Of a stretch of 64,000 nt of DNA, positions 13,479 to 25,182 are shown piece after piece. Each line of letters begins with the position of its first letter. Position 1 is the first letter of the stretch. Origin of the DNA: Octopus sinensis. Taxonomy: Eukaryota. The notes beneath the pieces are model-generated. The model did no database searches. It was given only the letters and a program-made list of their open reading frames with translations, and was not told where the DNA came from. Position numbers and translations under genes: made by a program. The DNA is taken from NCBI RefSeq assembly GCF_006345805.1, contig NC_042998.1:3348001-3412000 (forward strand), written 5' to 3'.

Positions 13479-13905
13479 ACGTTATACGATTTCTAAGAAA
13501 ATCTAAAAGTAAAAAGATGACGTCAATTCAATATACACCCTTCGTGAGCAGTTACGTAGCTTGTGTGAATTATGTCAGTGGCCAAATTGTAGATATATAT
13601 ATACTGAAACTTTTTGGCTCCGTATAGTACACAAGGCTGTCAAGAACGAAACAAATATAAATATATGAGGATACATAAAAACACACACTCACACACACAC
13701 ACTTATATGTACGTATACTGATACATAGAGACATATATATGTAGAAGGTTTGTCGTGGTTAAAATACGGTCAAAGTTACACGTATATATGTATATATATA
13801 TGTATATGTATATATGTATGTATGCATGTATGCATCCATTTATATATGTATATATATACATATGTGTGTATATATATGTATTATGTATGTATGTATGTAT
13901 ATATG

Positions 13906-13974
<69 letters not shown>

Positions 13975-13976
<2 letters not shown>

Positions 13977-14978
13977 TTCACGAGCTCAGACATCCCAAAC
14001 TAAAGAGGGATTTACAGCCAGAAGCCCTGCCATACATTTCCACATACAGCCCCCTTAACAATGAAGCCTTCGACACCATCCTCCAGAAGATTCCTCTTCT
14101 AAAAAGGGACCACAGAATAAATCTAACTCTCCAAAGGCACACCATCATAAAAGAGCAAAAGACAGACCAAGTCAATGAAAAGGTTCCTAACACAAGTCCC
14201 AGTACACTCGGCAACACTATTGAAACCGTCAGTAAAAAAGAAAGAAACGCGGAAGACCTAACTGTAGTATAACACGTCAACATAATTGAGGGTTTGGAGT
14301 TCTCCTTCAGGATCTGCTCAGTTTCGCTCACAGATTTTTTAGTTAATTTTTTAAAAACTAAGCACTTTGAAACTTCGTATACTGGTGTAATTTCTCACGT
14401 TGAACACGGTTCACTTTTAACATTTTTGACAAAATTTCGAATTTTAGAAGTTATTTCGTGTTAAAGTATGCAACGCAGGCAGTAAACAAGAATTAAATAG
14501 AACAGAGTGGTGACATTTCGTAGAGATGAACCGAAAGTTGTTCCTCTTGGATTACTATCTCAAACAACAGTAACTTTCTTCAGCTGAATACACGTCGTTA
14601 ATTGGTTACAATTACCCAAATACAACTTTAACATATGAAATGTTATGAAAAATGTTGAAAGTAGACCGTGTTCAGAATGAGAAATTACACCAGCATACGA
14701 AGTTTCAAACAGTTTAGTTAAAAAATAATTTTAAAAATCTGTGATCGAAACTGAACAGATTCCTCCTTCAATCAAAGTCAACAGTTTACAGTGAAAAACA
14801 ACTTCATACGTGCTTCAGAAAACCTAATATATGCCTTAACTTGCTCAGGGTGTCGAGAACAATACATGGGTCAAACCCAAAACAGTTTACACCAAAGGGT
14901 GACCCTACATTGATCCTAGATTAAAATTCGGGAATGCAGAAAAATAGCATTTACCGAACACATCAACATTTGCGCCAC
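13975..14978 (+). mobile_element. Penelope-like element 3' fragment with GIY-YIG endonuclease remnant
   Basis: [28 protein letters not shown]...GRPNC..., then after the MITE NLIYALTCSGCREQYMGQTQNSLHQRVTLH (GIY-YIG motif); frameshifts and stops; bounded by TA-rich tracts. Confidence 0.88.
14310..14762. mobile_element. MITE with about 150-bp TIRs and 8-bp TSD
   Basis: ggatctgctcagtttcg... versus ...cgaaactgaacagattc; TSD ctccttca at 14302-14309 and 14763-14770. Confidence 0.9.
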
Positions 14979-15019
14979 TATGGTATATATGTATATGTAT
15001 ATATATGTGTGTGTGTGTG

Positions 15020-15252
15020 TTTGTGTGTCTGTATTGGTCCCCCACCAACATCGCTTGACAACAGATGCTGGTGTGTTTACGTCCCCGTTACATTAGCGGT
15101 TCGGCAAAAGAGCCCGATAGAATAAGTACTAGGCTTACAAAGTATGTCTTAGGTCGATTTGCTCGACTAAAAGCGGTGCTCCAGCATGGCCGCAGTCAAA
15201 TGACTGTAACAAGTAAAAGAGAACATATATATAGTCATACACACACAGACAT

Positions 15253-15311
<59 letters not shown>

Positions 15312-15474
15312 CGACGGGCTTCTTTCAGTTTCCGTCTACCAAGTCCACTCACTTGGATTTGGTCGACCCGAGGCTACAGCAGAAGACACTTGTCCAAAGT
15401 GTCACGCTGAGGGACTGAACCTGGAACGATCTGGTTGGGAAGCAATCTTCTTACCACACAGTCACTCCTGCGCC
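15020..15474. mobile_element. SINE family A halves in opposite orientation
   Basis: Tail half on + (15020-15221) and head half on - (15311-15474), separated by a CA/TA tract. Confidence 0.85.
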
Positions 15475-16396
15475 TATATCCACAATCCATTCCTGCGCCT
15501 GCGCATACCTCCACTGAATTATCAGTCATCTGACATTTTTGAAGTGTTCTCCCTTGTTCTCTTTGTGAGCAATTTTCATTAATACTTAAAACGTAGACAT
15601 TGACAAAAATACGTCAACAACACGACGACGACGACAACGACCACGACCACGACCACCATCATCATGTTTTGTTTCCTATATGCAGACAATATCAGTACAA
15701 GCACAGTAGTTAAATACACAATTCACTTATTGTCGTCTGCAACATTGTCAATCATAACAAATGTTAATTATTCATTGCACAAACTCGTTAAAGGTTCGTC
15801 TCGCGACTCACCAAAGCACAATTGCTGCGATATAATTCGTCACACATTTATCAACAGCGCCTGGTCTTTTAGCGCCTTTAGCAGAATTCACTCCATTGTC
15901 AGCAATCAGAATAGAGACTAGACTTATTCTGATTGCTGTCACACTTCACTTCTCAAACAAGATTTCATTGTGGACATTGCGCAAGGCTAGGCAATCTCAT
16001 TAGTCTTAGATGTTCTGCACAAATTATCAGCCATGCCTCTTTTGCCCACACAAGTTTATCAAAATATGTATACCGTTATTCTTATATTCTATTATTATTC
16101 AAATTATTGGACTCCGACGAAGCTGCGGCACCGCCTTCACGGGATTAGCCGAACAAATCAACCTCAGTTTGGTATTTCTTCTGCCGCTAAGTTACTTTAG
16201 CGTTAACAAATCACCTCTAAATGTCAAGTGGCATAGTGTTATACTGAAGCTGAAAAGACTTCCCAAACTGTTACTCAGAGTTTCACACAACCAAGAATCA
16301 GTTAGTCATGAGTACTTAGGATAATGCAATCGCTTATATCTAAGTAAGTATGCACCAATCAATCAACCAATAAACAAATCAGCCTATCTGTTTATG

Positions 16397-16432
<36 letters not shown>

Positions 16433-16476
16433 TACGCATGTATATATGAAATAATATAAACATAATATATATACAT

Positions 16477-16792
16477 CTCGTCTCGTCGCCGTTTTCAAGC
16501 CTAGCCAGGCTCATGGGCCCGGTTTCCCGGTTTCTGTGGCGTATGTGTTCCCCCAAGCTGGATGGGACGCCAGTCCATCGCAGCGTTACTCAAGAAACAT
16601 GAAGAGAGAGTGAGAGAAAGTTGTGGCGAAAGAGTACAACGGGGGTCGCCACCACCCCCTGCCGGAGTCTCGTGGAGCTTATTTGAGGTGTTTTCGCTCA
16701 ATAAACACACACAACGCTCGATCTGGGAATCGAAACCGCGATCCTCCGACCGTGAGTCCGCTGCCCTAACCACTGGGCTATTGGGCCTCCAC
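16477..16792 (-). mobile_element. SINE family C (tRNA-derived), full length
   Basis: Head gtggaggcccaatagcccagtggttagggcagcggact...ggtttcgattcc; body contains gcgatggactggcgtcccatccag; sibling at 57.8 kb. Confidence 0.9.
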
Positions 16793-16834
16793 ATATATAT
16801 ACATACATAATATATATCATATGCATACTATATA

Positions 16835-16869
<35 letters not shown>

Positions 16870-16901
16870 TGTGTCTGTGTGTGTGTGTGTGTGTGGTTGA
16901 A

Positions 16902-17203
16902 GGCGCATGGCTTAGTGGTTAGGATATTCAATTCAAAATCGCATGGTTGTGTGTTCAATTTCCGGCGATGGTTGTGTCCTTGGACAAGACACTCTATTTC
17001 ACGTTGCTCCAGTCCTCTCAGCTGGCAAAAATGAGCAGTAAGTGCATTTCAAAGGACCAGTCTTGTCATGCTGAATTCCCCTGAGAGCTACGTCAAAGAT
17101 ACACGTGTCTGTAGAGTGCTCAACCACTTGCATGTTAATTTCACGAAGAAAATGTTCCGTTGATCAGATCGACCGGAAACCTCGTCGTCGTAATCGACAG
17201 AGT
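16902..17203 (+). mobile_element. SINE family D (tRNA head plus CORE-like ccttggacaagacac domain)
   Basis: ggcgcatggcttagtggttagg A-box, gttcaatttcc B-box, cacgttgctccagtcc..cagctggcaaaaatgag; a related fragment lies near 60.3 kb. Confidence 0.7.
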
Positions 17204-17215
17204 ATCAGTTATATA

Positions 17216-17420
17216 TCTATTATATAAAATCCGTTCTGTCTGTCTGTGTGTGTGTCTTCTATGATCTCGAGCATCCTCCATCCGATTGTGCTCAAATTTG
17301 ATATTTGGTATCAGGGCGTGATACCAAAAGAAATTACAAAAATCGATTTCAGGTGAGAATGCGATCAAAAAAGCCGTGGGAACGTGCATTTGTAAAATCG
17401 TTTTCCTTGGAATAGAAAAA
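17216..17420 (+). mobile_element. Helitron-like non-autonomous element, 5' part
   Basis: Starts A|TCTATTATATAAAA followed by a gtctgtctgt microsatellite, typical of non-autonomous Helitron 5' ends; no 3' end found. Confidence 0.5.
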
Positions 17421-17583
17421 AAGTCTGTCTTTATTTCTTCTTTTGCTGGTGTCTCAAAATTAGGTTAATTCAGTGTTTCTCAAAGGGAAGGCATATGGGA
17501 CGGTCGGACAAGTTGTTTTGAGAAAATTTGGTTTAAGTGTTTGACAACTCAGCACCGTCCATTGGACAGAGGGCGTTTTGCTC

Positions 17584-17618
<35 letters not shown>

Positions 17619-17621
<3 letters not shown>

Positions 17622-17980
17622 GACATCTGACCCAAAAATATCGAGACTGCTGTTGTAAAAAAAAAAAACCAAAACTACAACACATATCAATTTGGCATTT
17701 AATCTCCTAATTAATCCCCTTCTGAAGCCACACGCTTTATCCATCTCGTTTCCATTGATGAAAGCATTCCAAGAACTCTTCTTGCGGAGTAGCTTCGTCG
17801 CATTCTGTTGGATTTCCTCGACATCATGAAATCTTGCTGGAGGTCTTCCCCTGCCAAGACTGAACCTTGGTTCCGGTGTCATAGCCATAGATCCATGATT
17901 CACCACCTGTTATGACTGTTCTCAAAACGTTTTCGCCTTCCTCGACACAATCAAGAAGCTCCGGCGTACTTGTGACGGCG
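17619..17980 (-). mobile_element. Internally deleted mariner transposon, right part
   Basis: VLRTVITGGESWIYGYDTGTKVQS (first catalytic Asp region, ITGDESW) fused to RFHDVEEIQQNAT; TIR-like cacgacatctgacccaaaaatatcgagactg next to a TA run. Confidence 0.85.
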
Positions 17981-17981
17981 T

Positions 17982-18250
17982 TCACCCAGGGCGAGTTGAA
18001 CCGGTTTCGTCTCTGGTCCTGACGGCATCGCGAGTCATGACGGCCCACGCTCGACGGTCCTGTGCGAGGTTGCTGGAGATAGCGAGCCATTCGCGGTTCC
18101 ACCTGCGCAGACCGACCACCTGCGGACCTGAGAGTTCGGATAGGTCCTCCGTTATCGTCGTGGCCCAGATCTTCAGCTGCCCGCCCGTGCGTTTGCACCA
18201 GCTGGGAAGTGGAGGTGGGAGGGGGACATCGCGAATCAGCCCCTGCGTAA
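17982..18250 (-). mobile_element. RTE LINE 3' coding fragment
   Basis: PPLPSWCKRTGGQLKIWATTITEDL...LAQDRRAWAVMTRDAV, the RTE C-terminal W...I.ED / A.DR..W signature. Confidence 0.85.
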
Positions 18251-18815
18251 CTGAAACCGGACATTCCTTTTGCGACAACCCCACTCTATGCACTTTACTT
18301 TCAAGCACTGCTATGAACAACGGAAGTGAAAGAGAACGTTATAACTTAGTGTGTATACTTGACAGAGTTCAAGGTCAATCTGCGCCAAGCGTCTTCACAC
18401 TGCATACTTTATTTCTGTTTCATTGACTATACACAACAATCCTGATACATTTTTTCATCTGAATTCATATCTATAAAATATTTCATGTTGTTATTGTTGT
18501 TTAGTTTCAACCAGCCCCGACCGAGCAAACCTATGAAGAAAGGGAATTCAAGCTTTGTCCAAGCTGATGATATCTTCCCGTTATCTAGATTACATTATTC
18601 AAAAACTCATATGCTAATACGACAGGAGCGACTGAAAGAACATTTAGCTGATATTTCAAGTAGTTCGTACTATCACGTAAAGATTCATTCTCTAGCTACG
18701 TAGTATAATGTAAATTTTCTTATTGTTCCTCCCTTACTTTCTCATCCTGTGTATCTCACTTATACAGTTTACAATTGTATACCGAATATTTTTCATTGCC
18801 GATATGACACAACTA

Positions 18816-19182
18816 AAGGCGGGCAAAATGCGTAGCCGTATTTGGTCTGCCGTTACGTTCTGAGTTCAAATTCCGCCGAGGTCGTTTTGAAAACAGTCAT
18901 AACAGGTGGTGAATCATGGATCTATGGCTATGACACCGGAACCAAGGTTCAGTCTTGGCAGGGGAAGACCTCCAGCAAGATTTCATGATGTCGAGGAAAT
19001 CCAACAGAATGCGACGAAGCTACTCCGCAAGAAGAGTTCTCGGAATGCTTTCATCAATGGAAACGAGATGGATAAATTAAGTACCAGTTACGCACTGGGG
19101 TCGATCTAATCGACTTAATCCGTTTGTCTGTCCTTGTTTGTCCTCTCTGTGTTTAGCCCCTTGTTGGTAGTAAAGAAATAGG
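18816..19182 (+). mobile_element. SINE family B with TSD, carrying a 194-bp templated insert
   Basis: TSD tatgacacaacta at 18803-18815 and 19183-19195; insert at 18883-19076. Confidence 0.9.
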
Positions 19183-19757
19183 TATGACACAACTACAGCA
19201 TTGAGAATTATTTATTTCCTTGTGGTTGCTGTCATTCAGCCCCAGGGCTAACCTGAAGCCGAATTCGATTCAGACGAATTCGCCATGACCATCAAATTGT
19301 TCTTTTCAACCAGGGACTACATCATCTGGCTGCTATTTTTAACTGACTCACCAAGGACATAGAGGGTTTCAAACTGTTAAGCCGTGAGAAATAGTTTATC
19401 AAATTGGTTGATAAAACGAAGTCATTAAAGTTTTCTTTCGTTGATTAGCCTTGGTGAGAAATCGCACAAAATATATCAATAATGGTTGCCAGATGTAGCT
19501 TTCTTCATTTCATCTACCATTGTCTCTCTTCACTTTCTTTCTTTCTTTCTTTCTTTAAGTCAAATATGTACATATGTATGTGTATTGTATGTCTATGTAT
19601 GTATGCACGCATGTATGCATGTGTGTATGGATGTACATCTCGTATGCACATACATAAGTATGCGTATACATAGTATATATATGTACATATGTGCATGCCT
19701 GTATATAATTACATGCATACACACACACACTCACTCACATACGCGCACACATACATA

Positions 19758-19795
<38 letters not shown>

Positions 19796-21663
19796 TATAT
19801 ATATATACTATGTATACGCATACAAACACATACAGGGACAGACAAAAATATGCAAGTATAGGAAAAGCACGAGCGAGAGAGGGAGAAAGAGAAAGAGAAA
19901 GACAGAGAGAGAAACAGATAGATAGATAGATAGATAGATAGACAGATAGATAGATAGAAAGGCAGAAAAGTGTGCAAATGAGAATGAGAGAGAGAGAGAG
20001 GGAGAGGGAGAGAAGGAGAGAGGGAGTGGGAGATAGATAGATAGATAGATAGATAGATAGGTAGGATAGATAGACAGGGAGAAAGAGAGAAAAGTGTGTG
20101 TGAAAGAGAGAGGGAGAGGGGGAGAGAGAGGGGGGGAGAAATGGAAAGCGGAAAGAGAGGGTGAAAATAATACAAAACTTCTGCTGTTCGATTCTTTAGC
20201 ATATTTTCTGATAATGTTGGTGTTGGTGCTTGTGTTGTTATTTTTGCTATCTTGATCATTATTACTGGCTGAAAGTAAAAATCGCGACCAACCTTTTCCA
20301 ATACACAATATTAAATCATAGAAATCATTATTGAATTTAATTAAATGAAATCGATTTAACACCTCGAAAGCTCGTGTCTGTTTCTAATAAAAGTCTGATC
20401 GTAAACACTTCACGAAGAAACTTGGTAGAAATTCTTATTTGTGACGTTTGACATAGAAGGTTAGAAAAACAAAATGGAAGGTATTTTTTTATCATATAGC
20501 AATGACTAACTCAATGGAGCTATGAAAAGAAAAAAAAATAGTATAAAGGGAAGAATAAATAAAAGGAAATGAGGATTATGAAAAGAAAAAAATTAGTATA
20601 AAGGAAAGAATAAATAAAAGCAAGAAAATTTCATTCTTGCTCAATTATTGAAATTATTGAAATGATAATTAACATCCGTTTCATTCAAATATTGGAAGAA
20701 AGGAAATAATCCACAAAAACGATAGAAAAACAAAATCTGAAGCTTAACGCTTTAATTTAATGTTATTCTGCAGAACAAGTTACAGATTTTACCCAACCCT
20801 GTATCATGATGAATAGATGTAAACATTTTCTCGCTCTGTAAAAATACCTTCTTGCAGAGAAAACAAGAGAAATCTGCACGATTAGTCTCTTATGAGGTAG
20901 GCTAAACTCTGAGAGTTAATTTTTCTTATATAATGCTGTGTGATAAGCACTGTATCATAATGAGGAGATGTAGGCATGTTGTTTCTCTGTGAAATTACCT
21001 TCGTGCAGAGAAAAACAAGGGACTCACTAAGACTAGTTTCGTATAGAGTACTCTTAAATGTATCGATTTGTGTAGACGGAAACTAAGTGGAATCCAGTTC
21101 GATGGACTGGTAAGCTTAAAACATGAATTTCTGTGTTTTAGTTGTGAACGTAATATGAAATAATTATCTTGTTGTTGAATACTTAAATCATAAATTATTT
21201 TAATTTAATGGATGTCAATGTAAAAGGAATAGCAAAACGGGTAATGCATCCGTCTAGCTCTAAATTGATATCAATCGAAGTACATACGTACATACATGCA
21301 TACATACATACATACATGCATACAGACATAAATACATGTAGTGTGTAGATAGTGTTATAATCGAAGTTGAGTCCTCTTGAAGCACAACTGCTTATTCCAG
21401 TGCCCCAATTTCTATGTTTTGCTAAATATGTGTGAAGTATGTATAAAGGTTGGAAGATATTGTAACATAGTTTTTGCCGAGTAATTATATATCAAAACAA
21501 GAGATTGGAAAACATATTTTGCATTACACACACATAAACACACATAAACACACACACACACGCACACACACACACACTCTCTCTCTCTCTCTTTCTCTCG
21601 CTATGTATATATATATAATATAAACATATATATAGATGCATATATATATAAATATATACATAC

Positions 21664-21704
<41 letters not shown>

Positions 21705-22009
21705 TATATAGCCTTTTATCATTAATTAATAAATTTTAGGGTAGCAAAAAACTTCTAGAAAATTTCTCCGCTACCAGCGGTCAAGTGAGAAAGAAAATAT
21801 AGTCAATAGACTATGTAATATACATTCAAACATATAAGAGATGGCCATAATAGGACACCTGACTCACTAGAAAGAGCAGTTAAACTCCAAACCACTAATA
21901 GTTGTAATTCTGAAATGGAAAGACAAATAAAAACGTTTACCCTATCCTTTCTGGACTATGCATAGTTTCGGCAATATTTTGTTAACAAAATAAAATTATT
22001 TACGCTAAA

Positions 22010-22263
22010 TTACGGAGACGTAAACACACCAGTATCGGTTGTCAAGCGGTGTTGGCGGGAACAAACATAGACACGCAATACATACACACACACACATACA
22101 TACATACATACGACAGGCTTTTTTCAGTTTCCGTCTACCAAATCCGCTCACAAGGCTTTAGTTGTCCCGAGGCTATAGTAGAAGACACTTGCCCAAGGTG
22201 GCACGCAGTAGAACTGAACCCGGAACCATGTGGCTGGTAAGCAAGTTACTTACCACACAGCCA
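22010..22263 (-). mobile_element. SINE family A, partial
   Basis: Same head and internal tract as 7150-7576. Confidence 0.85.
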
Positions 22264-22551
22264 TATATATATCGGGTAAAAATATAACGTGTTTAGCTGT
22301 CGTTGCCTCTAACCCTTACTTCATACAGAAATCTGTCGGGAACATTATTGCGATTTATGTGTTAAGCAAACAGTAGTTTTATAGTTGGCAGTTTTATACT
22401 TGTTTAACACTATCACAAACTATTTTATTAATCAGTTAATCTCAGACAAATTGTCCGTCTGGATATTACTCTTAATTTGATACCAGTAGGCAGTATCAAA
22501 AATATCACAACAACATGCAAGAAAATGTTCTGCATATGTATATATATGCTT

Positions 22552-22604
<53 letters not shown>

Positions 22605-22639
22605 TTGTGTGTGTGTGTGTGTGTAGTTCTGGCATATTA

Positions 22640-22946
22640 TGTTAAGAACGTTGCAGAGTACAGTTTAAAGCTCGTCCACCTTAAGATTTCACCCTGTGCT
22701 ATCCAGTAGTAGTATTGTACGTACGTCCAGGTTTGCATTTAGGCGTTTGTCGTGTAAGAATAGATGATTCAGAAATGTTGGAGTGAACAAGAAGGAGTGC
22801 GGTCGGACATTTATTTTTTTTTAATCACTACAAGTGTTTCTACGCAACATAGTTCTCCAGGCCAGTACGCCTGGAGAACTACGTTGCGTAAAAACAATTG
22901 TAGTGATTAAAAATGAATGTCCAGCCGTACTCCTTGTTCACTCCAA
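22640..22946. mobile_element. Penelope-type terminal remnant with fold-back and degenerate hammerhead motif
   Basis: Inverted arms about 22778-22862 and 22869-22946; ctggaga-tacg ttg cgta-(g)aaa-caattg-ta; homologous piece at 44660-44870. Confidence 0.55.
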
Positions 22947-23260
22947 ACTTTGTAAAGCGTTATATATATATATAATGCTTCACAAATTTATATATATATA
23001 CATATATATATGTATATATATATATGTACATATATATATATGTGTGTGTATATATATATCTATATATATCTATACCTATATCTATATCTATATATGTGTA
23101 TATAGTATATATATATATATATATATATATGTAAAAACGGTAAGATAACAAAAGAAAGAAAGAGACCTCAATATTATGTAAATAGAGGAAATTTATCTAT
23201 AAAATAATATGTACAATTACTCAATAGACAAGATAAAAACATCTCTTCGGTTATCTGGCC

Positions 23261-23323
23261 AGATAACCGAAGAGATGGTGTTGTGGATTTCCACTTCGGC
23301 ATCTGAAACTCAGAGTTTTATCT
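23261..23323 (+). ncRNA. Type I hammerhead-like motif (CCGAAGA core variant) in a fold-back element
   Basis: agataa CCGAAGA gatg...catc t GAAA ctcagag TT ttatct; 6-bp stem I. Confidence 0.55.
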
Positions 23324-23734
23324 TGTCTATTGAGTAATTGTACATATTATTTTATATATATATATATGAAACATAATAATAAATATCTATGTAATTATAG
23401 AAAATTATACCGACACACATGCTCATAAACACACACATATATGTCTCTAGAAGCAAAATAGTTTATATGAAGCAATGTGGGATAGAGTTAAAATTGATTT
23501 AGTTGATTAGGAAAGCCAGTATAACGTAACTTGTGAACACAGGATTGTATGTGTACATCTCTTTTCACCGGACGTCAAGCTCATACATTTCTTGTGTACG
23601 TCCACTTCTCTGTTAATCTTAGTTTATTTGAATTGATTGTTTTTAAAATTATATGTACACACACACACACACACATGTTTACATATATTTTCTGCATTTT
23701 TTTCCTCTCCTTCTTTCTGTGTTTTTCTCTGTGT

Positions 23735-23775
23735 ATCTTTCTGTTGAAGAGCGTAGGCTCGAAACGTTGAGGACT
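23735..23775 (+). ncRNA. Minimal type I hammerhead-like motif (CUGUUGA variant)
   Basis: tcttt CTGTTGA a gagc gtag gctc GAAA c GTT gagga; second copy at 48185-48223. Confidence 0.5.
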
Positions 23776-23870
23776 TGTTTTATTTATATTTCCTGAGCGC
23801 CATATACTAATACAATTGTTCGTTTGTTTTCACCTGCCTTGTCTTTTGTTTATTTTCATAAAGCTTCCCG

Positions 23871-23933
<63 letters not shown>

Positions 23934-25019
23934 GCACACACACACACACACAACATATATATATATTATAGAGAGGAGAGAGAGAGAGACAAAGTATGTA
24001 AATGTGTATATTATAATCAATGTGTCAATATGTATGCTTGTGTATGTATATATACTTGCTCATTATCTTTTAAAATCCTTCTAAGCTTGTCTAACATATC
24101 CCTCAATTACTTTTCAAATAAAATCGCTTTCTCTCTTTCCTCGTCTCTCACTTTCGCCCTTCCCCCACTCTCTACCTCTCTTTCTCTCTCTGTGTCTCTC
24201 TTACACACGCATGGAAACACACATAAGTCCGAACACAAAAACGATCATAAATTTTCCATGGGTATTTAGTACATATAGCACTAACGGCGGCGTAGAAGAG
24301 TAAGCCACAAATATGTGACAGTAATATTTTTCAAACCTTGTTTGAAGTGAAGACGGAAATTATAGTCATTCACAATTAATCATTCATTTCTCCCGTTGAC
24401 TTCCACCTTAAGTAGGAGTACAGCCGAAACCGTAAATTTGTGGTGTGTGACATTATTTCACTGACATTGATGAATATTTCACAAACATATACTCATACAT
24501 ACATATACACGTATGTGTGTGTATGTGCATGTGTATATGTGTGTGTATGTATCTGTGTTTATAGATATATATGTATGTGTGCACGCACACATATATATAT
24601 ATACATACATAAATATTTAGCAGAAGTACAGAGTGACTTAAGGTCCAACAATTTCGTGAGTTGGCATTTATCAGACTCTTTACATGTGGAAGAGCTGTGA
24701 GTATATATAGCTGTCGATAAATATATTTGATAAGTGCCAACGCACGAAACTGTCGAACCTTGAGTCACTCAGTTACTTCTGTTAAATATTAGTAAAAATA
24801 CACATATATGTTTGTGTGTCTGTGTTTGTCCCCCAACTATCGCTTGACAGCCGATATCAGTTTGTTTACGTCCCCGTTATCTAGCGGTTCGGCAAAAGAA
24901 ACTGATAGAATATTACTAGGCTTAGAAAGAATGAGTCCTGTGGACGATTCGTTCGACTAAAGGCGGTGCTCCGGCATGGCCGGAGTCAAATGACTGAAGC
25001 CAGTAAAAGCATACACTCA

Positions 25020-25119
25020 NNNNNNNNNNNNNNNNNNNNNNNNNNNNNNNNNNNNNNNNNNNNNNNNNNNNNNNNNNNNNNNNNNNNNNNNNNNNNNNNN
25101 NNNNNNNNNNNNNNNNNNN
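25020..25119. other. Assembly gap (100 N)
   Basis: Run of N. Confidence 1.
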
Positions 25120-25151
25120 ACACTCACAACACACTCTCAGTTTCTCCCTCC

Positions 25152-25182
<31 letters not shown>

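Noticed and set aside
24345-24440. Another possible hammerhead (tgaagacgg...ccgaaaccgta)
   Set aside because: The core C is missing and stem I is not convincing.
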